From the IMG/VR virus record IMGVR_UViG_3300009151_009555: a stretch of DNA of 64,000 bases; one strand, 5' to 3'. The notes beneath the pieces were generated by a model that saw nothing but the letters and a program-made list of their open reading frames with translations, made no database searches and was not told the origin of the DNA. Both the position numbers and the translations under genes were made by a program. The first letter of the stretch is position 1; every line of letters begins with the position of its first letter. The DNA comes from a virus. This document shows, piece by piece, positions 9,253 through 18,439 of this stretch.

Positions 9253-9504
9253 TTAGTCCAATATCTTCATCAACTGAAATTCTCTTTCTAACTGTTTAGA
9301 TGATGGTAATGTAGGTTTGTTATTGAACTGATACTTACTATCAATGTCGACTCCACGATGGTCACAGTTCCATGTCATTGACTTTCTGACCCATTCTTTT
9401 TCTTTGAAGTCGTATTCGAGTTTTTCTCTTCGGTGTATGGTATACCCGTTGACTACAACAATATGATGTGTTGTTTTTACTTCTTCTTGTTTCTTGAATA
9501 TCAT
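9253..9504 (-). CDS. hypothetical protein, 83 aa
   Basis: ORF track. Confidence 0.45.
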   Translation of the reverse strand: MIFKKQEEVKTTHHIVVVNGYTIHRREKLEYDFKEKEWVRKSMTWNCDHRGVDIDSKYQFNNKPTLPSSKQLEREFQLMKILD

Positions 9505-9583
9505 TGTATGTCGTATCGTTTCTACAAAGATAGTTTTTTATTTTTCAAAAATAATATATAAACAATAAAAAAAATATTTAAGA

Positions 9584-9931
9584 ATGAAACATATTAAAAA
9601 ATTTGAAAGTTTTTCTACTAATGAAGAGATAAGCTTTAAAGGAATCGCAGCAGGTGCGATGATGGCACTTATGACTGCTTGTCATAACGGTGAAGTAAAC
9701 GGTGAAGCATCAGATGTTTATACAGGTGATATGCTTGTTAAAAGAATCGAGATGGGTGGTGGAAAGCACAACTTTTTCTTAGTACACGGTGAAGACGAGC
9801 AAGGTAAACATGTTGAGTTTGCAACAGACAACCTTACTTTCAACGTAGGAGATTCTATACACGTCAACTTCGATAGTGAAGAAGCTTATCCTTTAGATGA
9901 TAGAAGCAATGTAGCAGAAATTGGATCGTAA
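9584..9931 (+). CDS. MK-N-terminal family protein (MKHIKKFESF) with a lipoprotein-like MALMTAC segment
   Basis: ORF track. A cysteine follows a hydrophobic stretch near the N-terminus. Confidence 0.5.
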   Translation: MKHIKKFESFSTNEEISFKGIAAGAMMALMTACHNGEVNGEASDVYTGDMLVKRIEMGGGKHNFFLVHGEDEQGKHVEFATDNLTFNVGDSIHVNFDSEEAYPLDDRSNVAEIGS

Positions 9932-9953
9932 TATACTATAATATAATAAAAAA

Positions 9954-9977
9954 GGGGACTAAATGGTCCCTTTTTTG
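9954..9977. terminator. terminator hairpin GGGAC/GTCCC plus T-run
   Basis: AAAAAGGGGACTAAATGGTCCCTTTTTT, lying between convergent genes. Confidence 0.5.
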
Positions 9978-10234
9978 TGTTTTAAAGCCAATATATGCTG
10001 TAGAAAGGGAAGAGATAGTTCGTTTATGGACACATGTTTCCCCGCTCCTGTTATGAGTCCATAGTTGGCGGTTCTTTCCATCCATTCTACGTCTCTTCGA
10101 TGAACTCTTATTCCGTCTATTATAATCTCAGACATGTTTATATCCTCTATAATAAATGTGTGGTCTATATCAGGATGTTTATACTCGCGGTGCTTATACT
10201 CCCTCATACTCTTCTGATAAAGAAAGCATATCAT
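9959..10234 (-). CDS. hypothetical protein
   Basis: ORF track. Start uncertain; overlaps the 3-prime end of 10194..10631. Confidence 0.35.
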   Translation of the reverse strand: MICFLYQKSMREYKHREYKHPDIDHTFIIEDINMSEIIIDGIRVHRRDVEWMERTANYGLITGAGKHVSINELSLPFLQHILALKHKKGTI

Positions 10235-10631
10235 CTAGATCTGCTTGGTTCCTAACCAACCAATCTTTGTAGAAGTCATGTAACATACCGTCTTCATCTT
10301 CGAAAGAACTTCTATCAATCCTCATAAAAGGATCTCCTTCGTAGTTTTCTTTGTCTTCTGCTAAGAAGTATCTAACACACTCTAATCCAGCCATAGAGTT
10401 TTGCTCGTTCCATACGTTGTATCCTTTTGTAGGTAGATAAAAGATGTTTGACTCTGGATGTCCTAACGACCCTCCTGTGTCCATAGCTACACATAACCCT
10501 TCTGCTATCATTTCGTCTAAGTGTTTAGCGATTGTTTCACCACCAGCAACTTTGACGATTCCAGACGTTCCTTGCCCTGTTCTTTTTTGCGTCTCGATGA
10601 ACGCCTTGTAAAATTCTTTCTTTGTCATCAT
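10194..10631 (-). CDS. hypothetical protein, 145 aa
   Basis: ORF track. Motif GGETIAKHLDEMIAEG; family not recognised. Confidence 0.45.
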   Translation of the reverse strand: MMTKKEFYKAFIETQKRTGQGTSGIVKVAGGETIAKHLDEMIAEGLCVAMDTGGSLGHPESNIFYLPTKGYNVWNEQNSMAGLECVRYFLAEDKENYEGDPFMRIDRSSFEDEDGMLHDFYKDWLVRNQADLDDMLSLSEEYEGV

Positions 10632-10640
10632 ATTTTGTTT

Positions 10641-10862
10641 TTATATTCCAATATCATTCAATCTAGCTTCTCTCCAATCTTGTTCATGCATGAAATGATT
10701 TGAATCGAATACGAACTTCAAACCATCTGAGTTTATAACATATTGATATCTATAATCATACTCATAAAAATAACCTTTCTTGAACAAAACATAGTCTACT
10801 GACTCGTTGAGTCCATATCGGTCGTTCTTGTTGTACTTTGTTTTTATGCAATAAACTTTCAT
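10641..10862 (-). CDS. C-terminal-tag family protein (...REARLNDIGI)
   Basis: ORF track. Confidence 0.5.
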   Translation of the reverse strand: MKVYCIKTKYNKNDRYGLNESVDYVLFKKGYFYEYDYRYQYVINSDGLKFVFDSNHFMHEQDWREARLNDIGI

Positions 10863-11116
10863 TCTATTCCTAATTGTGTAAGACTTATCTCTCTAAGCTC
10901 CGGTGCGAAATACTTTTTGAGTATGTCGTTGTCATCGAAGGAAATGAATCCGTGAGTTACTTCAACTCTATTCAGAGGATCTGGATTGCCGTCGCTATAT
11001 GTAAGGTGCCAACAGCTTTCGCCGGTAATATCTATTCGCCAGAGACCATATTTATACCGATTATTGAAGATCTCTTTGAATCCTATCTTCTCTATTTTTT
11101 CTATGAAGTCTTTCAT
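10859..11116 (-). CDS. C-terminal-tag family protein (...ISLTQLGIE)
   Basis: ORF 10859..11239 trimmed to the ATG at 11116, which overlaps the upstream stop (GGAATAGAATGA). Confidence 0.45.
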   Translation of the reverse strand: MKDFIEKIEKIGFKEIFNNRYKYGLWRIDITGESCWHLTYSDGNPDPLNRVEVTHGFISFDDNDILKKYFAPELREISLTQLGIE

Positions 11117-11403
11117 TCTATTCCAAGTGATTCTATTCTCATGTTTCTCAATACTGACTTCAGCATTGGTGTTATGTGTTTGGCATAAGTTGTATCTATA
11201 GAAGAGTATTCTTCTGATACAAAGTCCAGTACATAACATCCAGAACCATCAGTGCTTGAAAAAATTGCTACTCTGGTTCTTGCTATAACTTCTTTAGGAA
11301 TACCTATACCTCTCTCTACCTTTATCTGGTCGAGTTCGTCGTACAGCTTGGATTCTTTTAATGATCCATCCGTATTGTATGATATGTATAGGTACCCTTC
11401 CAT
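11113..11403 (-). CDS. C-terminal-tag family protein (...RIESLGIE)
   Basis: ORF track. Confidence 0.45.
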   Translation of the reverse strand: MEGYLYISYNTDGSLKESKLYDELDQIKVERGIGIPKEVIARTRVAIFSSTDGSGCYVLDFVSEEYSSIDTTYAKHITPMLKSVLRNMRIESLGIE

Positions 11404-11724
11404 TTATTTTTCCAATGCGATGTCTATCAGTTTATCTCTTATGTCGGTATGTGAGTATGTCTCTACTCCCATGTCGTAGTAGCCTTTGTACCTTACGCTG
11501 CCGTCAGACCAATAGTCTTCCCACCAACCGTGTCTCTTTCCGTATATGTAGTAGCCTTTGTTAAAGCATTTCCCATTACTCCAGTTGTATTCGAAGTAGC
11601 CGTGTTTGAGTCCGTCTACCCAAGTCTCTGTGAAGTGGAGTAGGCCATCAGAATGGTAGCAGGTGATTGAACCACTCTGCTTACCATCTATCTTAGTCCA
11701 GTTATTTCGAATACATTCTCCCAT
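11404..11724 (-). CDS. MORN-repeat protein
   Basis: Repeated Y-x-G-x-W/Y-x-x-G-x-x-H-G units (HGYFEYNWSNGK, GYYIYGKRHGWWEDYWSDG). Confidence 0.5.
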   Translation of the reverse strand: MGECIRNNWTKIDGKQSGSITCYHSDGLLHFTETWVDGLKHGYFEYNWSNGKCFNKGYYIYGKRHGWWEDYWSDGSVRYKGYYDMGVETYSHTDIRDKLIDIALEK

Positions 11725-11921
11725 TATCTAATTTCTTCTAGAAGGTCATAGACATCGTTTGATAAAGCTTCATACATGTCACCATCTTCGTCTTCTGATA
11801 AATCTACGATGTCGTTGTCAAGAAGGTAGTCTAGTGTTTGTTCTACTGCGTCGTCTAAATCTAACGATTCGTCTAATGTAGAATTGAACTCTACAATCTT
11901 TGTTTTTAGTTGCTTTTCCAT
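11724..11921 (-). CDS. small acidic protein, 65 aa
   Basis: ORF track. About 35% Asp/Glu. Confidence 0.4.
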   Translation of the reverse strand: MEKQLKTKIVEFNSTLDESLDLDDAVEQTLDYLLDNDIVDLSEDEDGDMYEALSNDVYDLLEEIR

Positions 11922-12391
11922 AATATTTAGTGTTAAGTTTATACAAATATAACAATTTTCTACGATATTCCGAGTTAATTTAGCATATATTCTCTTTTTG
12001 TTGACCTTTTTACTATGATTTTATTGTTAGGATATTTAGGATTCTTTGAGAAAAAACCGAAAGAAAAAACGAAAAAAATTTTTTTTCGCAAGCGAAACAT
12101 GCTATTTATTCGCCTCTGGCCTGCGGCACAAAGAACGAACATAAAGCATCTATCTTTCACTTAGAAGTTCTCTGAACACGACTTCGGTTGATTCACCATC
12201 TGGTCTTACGAAGATTAAATATCTTTTGTTGTTTATTATTCTTTCTTCTCTCCAACCAATCTTATTATGTTTTACGAGTTCATATACTTCATTGAGTTCT
12301 TTCATAAGTCTTTCATGTGTTTTTATAAAGATAATATATTATTTTAATATGATGTGGTTTTTTTAATCATAGTATTTAATATATATACTAT

Positions 12392-12988
12392 ATGAAATGG
12401 ATTAAATTATTCGAAGACTTTAACGGTGATGTATTAGAGGATGCTAAGGATATTCTTAGGCTTCACTTAGGTGAACTGGAAGAGATAGACTTTATCGGTG
12501 GAGTTCTTCAGGTCGAGATGTCGGATAAGTTAAAGGATCGAATAAGAGTCTATAAGTTATTAGAATCTCCTAATGTTAAGGATTTGAAAGCGTGTGAAGA
12601 ACACCTTGAACAAGAGACTGAAGGAGTTTCCTGGAACATCAACCTGGATTGGTATAGTGGACAGGTAGCCATCATCGGTATTGGTGAATCCATTGAGGAG
12701 TTTTTAGGTGAATGGTTGAGAGAAAGGTTTTCTGGATTGAAGAAGTTTGTTAGGGACCTAAAGAATGTAGGAGAAAGGAAACAGATATTCTACAGCGAAG
12801 GAAATGGTTTCGGAGTGTTTTACTACTACGAGGATGACACGCAAGACAAATCGGTTCATGTTTCCTTTCAAAAGATATGGGGCTTCTTCGGAACCGTTCT
12901 TTGCTTGGAAGATAGTCAGATAAGAACTATAGTTCATGAATGGCTACTTAAAGACTTCGGTCTTGATCTAGAACCAAAAATGTGGTAG
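12392..12988 (+). CDS. MK-N-terminal family protein (MKWIKLFEDF)
   Basis: ORF track. Preceded by TTTAATATATATACTAT at the ATG. Confidence 0.55.
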   Translation: MKWIKLFEDFNGDVLEDAKDILRLHLGELEEIDFIGGVLQVEMSDKLKDRIRVYKLLESPNVKDLKACEEHLEQETEGVSWNINLDWYSGQVAIIGIGESIEEFLGEWLRERFSGLKKFVRDLKNVGERKQIFYSEGNGFGVFYYYEDDTQDKSVHVSFQKIWGFFGTVLCLEDSQIRTIVHEWLLKDFGLDLEPKMW

Positions 12989-12990
12989 AT

Positions 12991-13392
12991 ATGAAACATA
13001 TAAAAACATACAAGATTTTCGAGTCTAGCCAGATATGGGACTTAGAAGACATTTGTCAAGAGATAAAGGACGAAGGGTTTAATGTTCTGATAAAAGGCGT
13101 AGAATGGGGAAAGACTCCATCATCTTTAGGAGAGGCGAAGGTAGATATAACTAACGGAAGCAGAAGAGGAAGTGGAATATCAGGAAGCAACTTCACGATG
13201 GTTCAGTCTATGAGAGACTTTCTTTTCAGACTTAAAGATTGGGCTAGAGAAGAAGGCTACGAGATATACGTGAGAAGTAACTATGGAATGCTACAGTTGA
13301 TTGATGACGGAAGAATCTTAGGTAGTGGATGTACGTGCTCTCCAAGGTACCCAGGCTTTACGATGCTTGAAATAAGCTTTGCTAAATTATGA
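12991..13392 (+). CDS. MK-N-terminal family protein (MKHIKTYKIFES)
   Basis: ORF 12982..13392 trimmed to the ATG at 12991. Confidence 0.55.
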   Translation: MKHIKTYKIFESSQIWDLEDICQEIKDEGFNVLIKGVEWGKTPSSLGEAKVDITNGSRRGSGISGSNFTMVQSMRDFLFRLKDWAREEGYEIYVRSNYGMLQLIDDGRILGSGCTCSPRYPGFTMLEISFAKL

Positions 13393-13982
13393 AACATATA
13401 AAGACATACAAGATTTTCGAGTCGGTTGAGTTGATAGATCGAGATGACATGGAAGAAATACTTCTTCCTCTAAAGGATATAGGAGTGGAATATGAAATCG
13501 GAGGAGAGCAGATTTTAGGAAAGGATTTTGTTTCTTTCGAGATAAGCAAATTCAAAGTAAGAGCATTGACTGTCCCTGATTTTACCAATATTACTAATAT
13601 GGTTGTCAATAGGGGTGAGATTTATATGGCTTCGTTTGATCCAAGACGAAACACTTATATGATTCTGAATCATGATGGTGGGAATGCACAAGAGTTTGTT
13701 CATGCGTCTCATTTAGAGATTATCGGATACAAATGGAAAGACTTACGTGACGAGGTTCTTCACCTTGTTTCTTTTATGCTTGATGAAGGTTACTTCTTTT
13801 TCTACAACAACAGTATAAAGATATCCGAAGTTGTAAACCCTAAGGGAAAGGGTTTGACATGGATGGAAGAAGATGTTTTAAACAAGACTGCTGGAAAGGG
13901 AATAGAGATGCTTGAGTCTTTGAGTCCTGAGGCTAGTATAGCGGAACTAAGGATTTCTTTTGCAAAGAAGCTAAATTCCTAA
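13389..13982 (+). CDS. MK-N-terminal family protein (MKHIKTYKIFES); tandem paralog of the preceding gene
   Basis: ORF track. ATGA overlap with the preceding gene and an identical 12-residue N-terminus. Confidence 0.55.
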   Translation: MKHIKTYKIFESVELIDRDDMEEILLPLKDIGVEYEIGGEQILGKDFVSFEISKFKVRALTVPDFTNITNMVVNRGEIYMASFDPRRNTYMILNHDGGNAQEFVHASHLEIIGYKWKDLRDEVLHLVSFMLDEGYFFFYNNSIKISEVVNPKGKGLTWMEEDVLNKTAGKGIEMLESLSPEASIAELRISFAKKLNS

Positions 13983-14432
13983 CTTTTTTAGTTTTCTATC
14001 TCTTATTTCTTGTATATCAGATATTTCACCAATCTCTTTGATTGCTTTCTTGTTTAACCACTTTGTTATCAAACATCCTTTGAATAATCCTATATAGTTG
14101 TTGCTTAGATATGAAATATTCAGACCGTAAGGAACTCCCTTTCTCTCACTTAAAGTCATTTCTTTCTCGTTCCATATATCCAATCCATATTCACGACCTT
14201 CTATATCTATGACATATCTATCTATACATGGCTGTTTTCCTTTATCGACTGCCTTTACTTTTACCTTACCTTTCTTTAGTAGTCTATGTAGACGCCATCT
14301 GTTCTTCCAGTATTTTGGTTCTCCCCAATATTCGTAGAATACCCACATACTTGCTGCGAATAACGGGAATAAGGTTATCATTATAACAATCGATAAAATA
14401 CTTTTTGAGTTGTCGTCGGTGAAGTGTGTCAT
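13971..14432 (-). CDS. C-terminal-tag family protein (...RKLKKLGI) with N-terminal transmembrane segment
   Basis: ORF track. Confidence 0.5.
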   Translation of the reverse strand: MTHFTDDNSKSILSIVIMITLFPLFAASMWVFYEYWGEPKYWKNRWRLHRLLKKGKVKVKAVDKGKQPCIDRYVIDIEGREYGLDIWNEKEMTLSERKGVPYGLNISYLSNNYIGLFKGCLITKWLNKKAIKEIGEISDIQEIRDRKLKKLGI

Positions 14433-14447
14433 TATGCTTGTTATGAT

Positions 14448-14813
14448 TTAATTTCCAAGAACCAGACTGAGAGCTTGTGTTCTCTTATCTTTTATTCTAC
14501 CTATTATGGTTCTATTGTGGTAGACATACATGTCACACCCACAACCACAGGAATCTCCTGAGTTTTTAGAAACGACTAAGTTTCCTTCTATGAAGGTAGT
14601 TTGTTCGGACCAGTCATACCCATCATTGAAGTAGTCTCTGGTATTTTTGCAGTGACGCACGTAGTGCTCTGCTTTCTTTATGGTGTTGAATATTATCATC
14701 AAATTTAAAAAGACCGATTCGTCTTTTAATCCATCGGAACAAATAGACTCGCTCGGTCTTATGCGAAACAAGCAGAGAGGCAAGGTCATGCTTGAGTTTT
14801 CCCTATCCTGCAT
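14448..14813 (-). CDS. hypothetical Cys-containing protein; start uncertain
   Basis: ORF track. The 5-prime part runs into a GC-rich palindromic patch. Confidence 0.35.
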   Translation of the reverse strand: MQDRENSSMTLPLCLFRIRPSESICSDGLKDESVFLNLMIIFNTIKKAEHYVRHCKNTRDYFNDGYDWSEQTTFIEGNLVVSKNSGDSCGCGCDMYVYHNRTIIGRIKDKRTQALSLVLGN

Positions 14814-14842
14814 AGGGGCCGGGAGTCCCTCCCGAATATCTT

Positions 14843-15031
14843 TTACTTTTTAAGTATGCTGTCTATTTTAGAATTTCTTTCCTCTTTTCTGTTTCTTAGA
14901 AGAATAGCGAACTCCATGAAAGCGATTGCTCGCTCGGTTCTTGTTATTTGTCCTGGTGCTGATTCCAATCCTCTATCTCTAAGTTCCAATAAGAACTCTA
15001 ATCTTTTCTTCTTTGTTTCTAATGCTTCCAT
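14843..15031 (-). CDS. small hypothetical protein, 62 aa
   Basis: ORF track. Confidence 0.3.
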   Translation of the reverse strand: MEALETKKKRLEFLLELRDRGLESAPGQITRTERAIAFMEFAILLRNRKEERNSKIDSILKK

Positions 15032-15128
15032 AATCTTTTTAAAATGTTATTGTGTGACTAATAGAACAAAGATATGTATATTTTTATAGTATACCTAAAA
15101 TATTTATATTTATTTTAATTATTTCCGA

Positions 15129-15518
15129 CTATTCTCTTATGAATTGCGTTGATTTTAATTTTACTCCTATGACTATCGATATAATCTCTGGGTTGCTCTT
15201 TGTCTTTATTTCGTATGTAGGCATCTCTCCCGATATGGAATAGTACCCAGTGAATGGCGATGGCTTTAGTGGATCCGCCACGTTCTTGATGAACTCGCCG
15301 GTGCCGACATTTCTATATGCTCTCAGTGATATAAGCGATATGTCGTTGGTTCCTTTTATGTTGCAGTCTTTAATCGTTTGTCCGTCTTCCGAGACGGTGA
15401 ATGTTATTCGCGCGTCCGTGTTCCTGTACGAATAGGTTCCCGCTGGAAGTTGCGCGAATATAAAGTTCGTCAGTGTCAATGCTAATAGTGTAAGTGCTTT
15501 TCTCATCTGGCTTTTCAT
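15129..15518 (-). CDS. secreted protein with Bacteroidetes-type signal peptide (...LTNFIFAQ)
   Basis: ORF 15129..15650 trimmed to the ATG at 15518, which begins MKSQMRKALTLLALTLTNFIFAQ. Confidence 0.5.
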   Translation of the reverse strand: MKSQMRKALTLLALTLTNFIFAQLPAGTYSYRNTDARITFTVSEDGQTIKDCNIKGTNDISLISLRAYRNVGTGEFIKNVADPLKPSPFTGYYSISGEMPTYEIKTKSNPEIISIVIGVKLKSTQFIRE

Positions 15519-15523
15519 TATCG

Positions 15524-15727
15524 TTATGCGAACTTTATATACACATGAACGTATGGTTCTGTCGGATCGAATCCGACCTGGTATGATTTGTATCCTAGTT
15601 CTACCATTTTTGAAACGGTTTCTGGTTTTGCGAAGATTGGTACTTGACACGAAGTGTTTCCTCTAGCTCGCGCGTTTTCTATTACCATAAGACAATAGTC
15701 TACTTCTTTTTGTATTTCTTTTTCCAT
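15524..15727 (-). CDS. hypothetical protein, 67 aa
   Basis: ORF track. Confidence 0.4.
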   Translation of the reverse strand: MEKEIQKEVDYCLMVIENARARGNTSCQVPIFAKPETVSKMVELGYKSYQVGFDPTEPYVHVYIKFA

Positions 15728-15734
15728 GTTTATT

Positions 15735-16313
15735 TTATTCCAAAATTTGATTTAGTTTATCCTCTCTCTTCTCGCTTCTAAGTTTGTACTTTGGAAGCAT
15801 CGTTATGTCCTTTATGCTGTAGATGCTGAAACGACTTGTTTGATATCTTTCTTTGGTGATAAGCCTCCCGAATATGGTGTAGACGTAGACGTCGTCTTCT
15901 ATCTCGCACTTTACGAAGTTTTTTGTGGCTTCGTCGAAGACCTCGTCGAAGTCCCATCTGCCTTCGTCCACGCACATCGTTACTATTGTAACTATAGTGA
16001 GTATGATGAACCCGATCCAAAGTCCCGCGTTCCCTCCGGCGTATTCCTTCCATCTGTAGATGTTCTTGTCCTTGCCCACGAGCGTTCCTCTTTTTCGCTG
16101 ACTATACGCTTCAATGCCATCGGAAGAATCGTACAGGTAGACCCATTCGCCGCCTATTTGCATTTCTTTGAGAATGACTCTTTCGTGCGTCTGGTCTGGT
16201 ATCGTTCCTGCGTAGGCGAAAAGTATACTGGTTATCACGATCATTATCGTCTTTACTATGTTGATTCTTATTAGTTCGAATAGGTATACGAACGGGAATA
16301 GTATTGCTTTCAT
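15735..16313 (-). CDS. membrane protein; paralog of 37495..38103
   Basis: Shares the N-terminal pattern MK..F..Y.F.L.R.N.VKTI and an internal TM plus acidic segment (DFDEVFDEATKNFVKCEIEDDVYVY versus FDFEKVFQATVSYYITCELEEGIYYY). Confidence 0.5.
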   Translation of the reverse strand: MKAILFPFVYLFELIRINIVKTIMIVITSILFAYAGTIPDQTHERVILKEMQIGGEWVYLYDSSDGIEAYSQRKRGTLVGKDKNIYRWKEYAGGNAGLWIGFIILTIVTIVTMCVDEGRWDFDEVFDEATKNFVKCEIEDDVYVYTIFGRLITKERYQTSRFSIYSIKDITMLPKYKLRSEKREDKLNQILE

Positions 16314-16564
16314 ATGAGTATTTTTTCTAGCTGTTTGTTTCTAAATTCTTCCAATGTGATGAATATCTTTGAGTTCTTTTTGGAGAAGGTTCCTTTATCG
16401 GTCTTTATATTGTATAGAGTCACGGGACAGCTCAGTTCGGAAGACCAGAAGCTTTCTTCTTCTTCAACATGGTATGTCTTATAGAGAGTAATGTCATCGG
16501 TGCACGTGTCGTGTCCTATCTTCGTGTTTACAAATACTACTTTCATATTAGAACTTGCTTGCAT
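16310..16564 (-). CDS. hypothetical protein (ends ...RNKQLEKILI, a degenerate C-terminal tag)
   Basis: ORF track. Confidence 0.45.
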   Translation of the reverse strand: MQASSNMKVVFVNTKIGHDTCTDDITLYKTYHVEEEESFWSSELSCPVTLYNIKTDKGTFSKKNSKIFITLEEFRNKQLEKILI

Positions 16565-16886
16565 TTTCTTTTAGGTGTTGATAGGATTTGTCAAAATCAT
16601 AATTATATTTTTCTAATGCAAAAGTACATTTAGTAGAACATAGACCTGTCTCTCTTCGAAGACGATTTACAATTTCAATCTTTTCTATTGAAACACCGCA
16701 TTCTCTACACAACATATTTTTATTTGAACAATCCTCGCAAACCAGGTCGCACGGTATGTGAGCGGTTGTTATATCGCAATTGCATTTGGTGCAGTTTCCC
16801 TGAGAGAAAGCGTGCAGCACAATTTTTCCTTTTAGGCATCTATCGCATTTCATAGGTTCGACTTGTTTGCGATTTGAACATACCAT
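16548..16886 (-). CDS. Cys-rich, zinc-ribbon-like protein
   Basis: More than 14 Cys arranged as C-x2-C pairs (CDRC, CTKCNC, CEDC, CREC). Confidence 0.45.
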   Translation of the reverse strand: MVCSNRKQVEPMKCDRCLKGKIVLHAFSQGNCTKCNCDITTAHIPCDLVCEDCSNKNMLCRECGVSIEKIEIVNRLRRETGLCSTKCTFALEKYNYDFDKSYQHLKENASKF

Positions 16887-17173
16887 CTTTTTTTGTCGGT
16901 TATGAGCCTTTCGTCGTAGTCGTAAAGTCCCATTATGGTTTTGCAGTGTACGCTGTCGATTTCAACAGAGTCTTTTTCGAAGTAAAGCAGACCGTTTCCT
17001 TTTCGATAGTTTAGTTTAATAGTGTCTTTGTCAACGACGGCGACCATTGTGAATGCCGTGTCCGAAATTGTTTTTAGTTGGTGGTTCCTGAATAGGCTTA
17101 TGACCTGTGCTTTGTAAAACACTGGCTGCTTTGCGCACGACATCAGTATCGATAAAAGTATCAAATATTTCAT
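16850..17173 (-). CDS. putative lipoprotein or secreted protein
   Basis: N-terminus MKYLILLSILMSCAKQ, with a Cys after a hydrophobic segment. Confidence 0.45.
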   Translation of the reverse strand: MKYLILLSILMSCAKQPVFYKAQVISLFRNHQLKTISDTAFTMVAVVDKDTIKLNYRKGNGLLYFEKDSVEIDSVHCKTIMGLYDYDERLITDKKRWYVQIANKSNL

Positions 17174-17427
17174 AGTCCTAGTTCGTTTAGTTTCTCTTCT
17201 CTCCTTACTGAAGTAGCAGATTCGGATAGTTCCAATTCGAGAACTTCTATTTCCTTTTTAGCTTCAGCTATCCTCAGTTGACACAGACTATCTTCTAGTC
17301 CACCACCATATGCTCTATCTATATCTTCGTAGTGCCAAAAATTTTTGACATATGACTTCAGAAAAGAAAGTTCTTTTTTCTTTTCTCTTCTTTCTTGTCC
17401 GCTTATTCTGAATGGGCTTTCGTTCAT
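17170..17427 (-). CDS. C-terminal-tag family protein (...REEKLNELGL)
   Basis: ORF track. Confidence 0.45.
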   Translation of the reverse strand: MNESPFRISGQERREKKKELSFLKSYVKNFWHYEDIDRAYGGGLEDSLCQLRIAEAKKEIEVLELELSESATSVRREEKLNELGL

Positions 17428-17449
17428 TCTACAAAGATAAAAATATTTT

Positions 17450-17644
17450 CTATATGTCGTATATCTTATCGAATTTAACTTCGAAGTCTTTTAGTTCTCT
17501 TGTATAGAGGTCACCATATTCAACATCTTCACGAGTATAGATGACTCCTGCCACCCATTCACCAATCTTCATTTTGGTTGTTGATATTACAATATAGACA
17601 TTACCAGTCTTTATATGTTTGAACCTATCGTTTTTGTTTACCAT
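17450..17644 (-). CDS. hypothetical protein, 64 aa
   Basis: ORF track. Confidence 0.4.
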   Translation of the reverse strand: MVNKNDRFKHIKTGNVYIVISTTKMKIGEWVAGVIYTREDVEYGDLYTRELKDFEVKFDKIYDI

Positions 17645-17661
17645 TTTTTTTTAGATTAACA

Positions 17662-18294
17662 CTATTTCTTTTTTATCATCCAAGATCCAAACCATTCTTT
17701 AGTGACTATGGGTTCGTAACCATTTTCGATACAAAACTCGTCGACTGCCGGGTTTACTCCAAACTCACCATGGTAGAATCCGTTACCACTATAGATATGT
17801 TTGTCTTTTCCATTTTCTTTGAAGTTTGGATCTTCGTTCCAGCTCATGTCGATATAATCATGTCCGCATAGATATCCACCTGGTTTAACCTTAGGATACC
17901 AAAGCTCTATATCTTGAACTACATAATCGTATGCATGGTTCGCGTCAATATAAACAAAGTCTAAAGATCCGTCTGTAAATATATCTGATGCTATTTCAGA
18001 ATTTGCTCTAACCATTACCGCTCGATTCTCATAACCTATCGTGTTATCTATGGCGGCTCCATAAATTTCACCTCTATCGAAGTTACCATGATTACTAGAA
18101 TCTATGTATTCGGTTGCATCTAACGGTGACCAAACATCTACCATATACAGAGTTCCATCCCATAGTTCTATTATCTCTTTAGAGAATTCTCCTTTGAAGG
18201 TTCCTACTTCGACCCCTTTACCATTAGGAAATTCAGATCCTATGGATTTCATCAACTCTTGTCTACTTATATCTTTCTTCTTTGCTAGATTCAT
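17662..18294 (-). CDS. class I SAM-dependent methyltransferase (Methyltransf_24 / O-methyltransferase-like)
   Basis: Motif I VEVGTFKGEFS. Later LDFVYIDANHAYDYVVQDIELWYPKVKPGGYLCGHDY, which is typical of that family. Confidence 0.6.
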   Translation of the reverse strand: MNLAKKKDISRQELMKSIGSEFPNGKGVEVGTFKGEFSKEIIELWDGTLYMVDVWSPLDATEYIDSSNHGNFDRGEIYGAAIDNTIGYENRAVMVRANSEIASDIFTDGSLDFVYIDANHAYDYVVQDIELWYPKVKPGGYLCGHDYIDMSWNEDPNFKENGKDKHIYSGNGFYHGEFGVNPAVDEFCIENGYEPIVTKEWFGSWMIKKK

Positions 18295-18439
18295 AAAATA
18301 AAATTATATTTTTTAATTTATACAAAGTAAAGTAGTTTTTGTTTTTAATATACTCTAGTGACTTTTCGATAAACAAGAAGTATGATTAAAACGATATTTA
18401 AAAATAATATATACATTATTATCAAAAAAAATAGAAACT

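Noticed and set aside
10194-10631. Possible enzymatic assignment of the 145-aa protein (GGETIAKHLDEMIAEG...FYLPTKGY)
   Set aside because: It resembles several small nucleotide-processing folds only vaguely. No diagnostic motif could be matched from sequence alone.
11975-12160. 61-aa ORF MKDRCFMFVLCAAGQRR... in the 470-nt gap 11922..12391
   Set aside because: Odd composition and no promoter or coupling context. A different 51-aa minus-strand ORF (12150..12305, MKELNEVYELVKHNK...) is somewhat more plausible, but it is also unsupported, so neither is listed as a feature.
15778-16274. Arg-rich ORF 15778..16053 (-) and ORF 15840..16274 (+) inside the membrane-protein gene 15735..16313
   Set aside because: They are alternative-frame and antisense reading frames of a gene whose own frame has a clear paralog at 37495..38103. 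Both have low-complexity composition.
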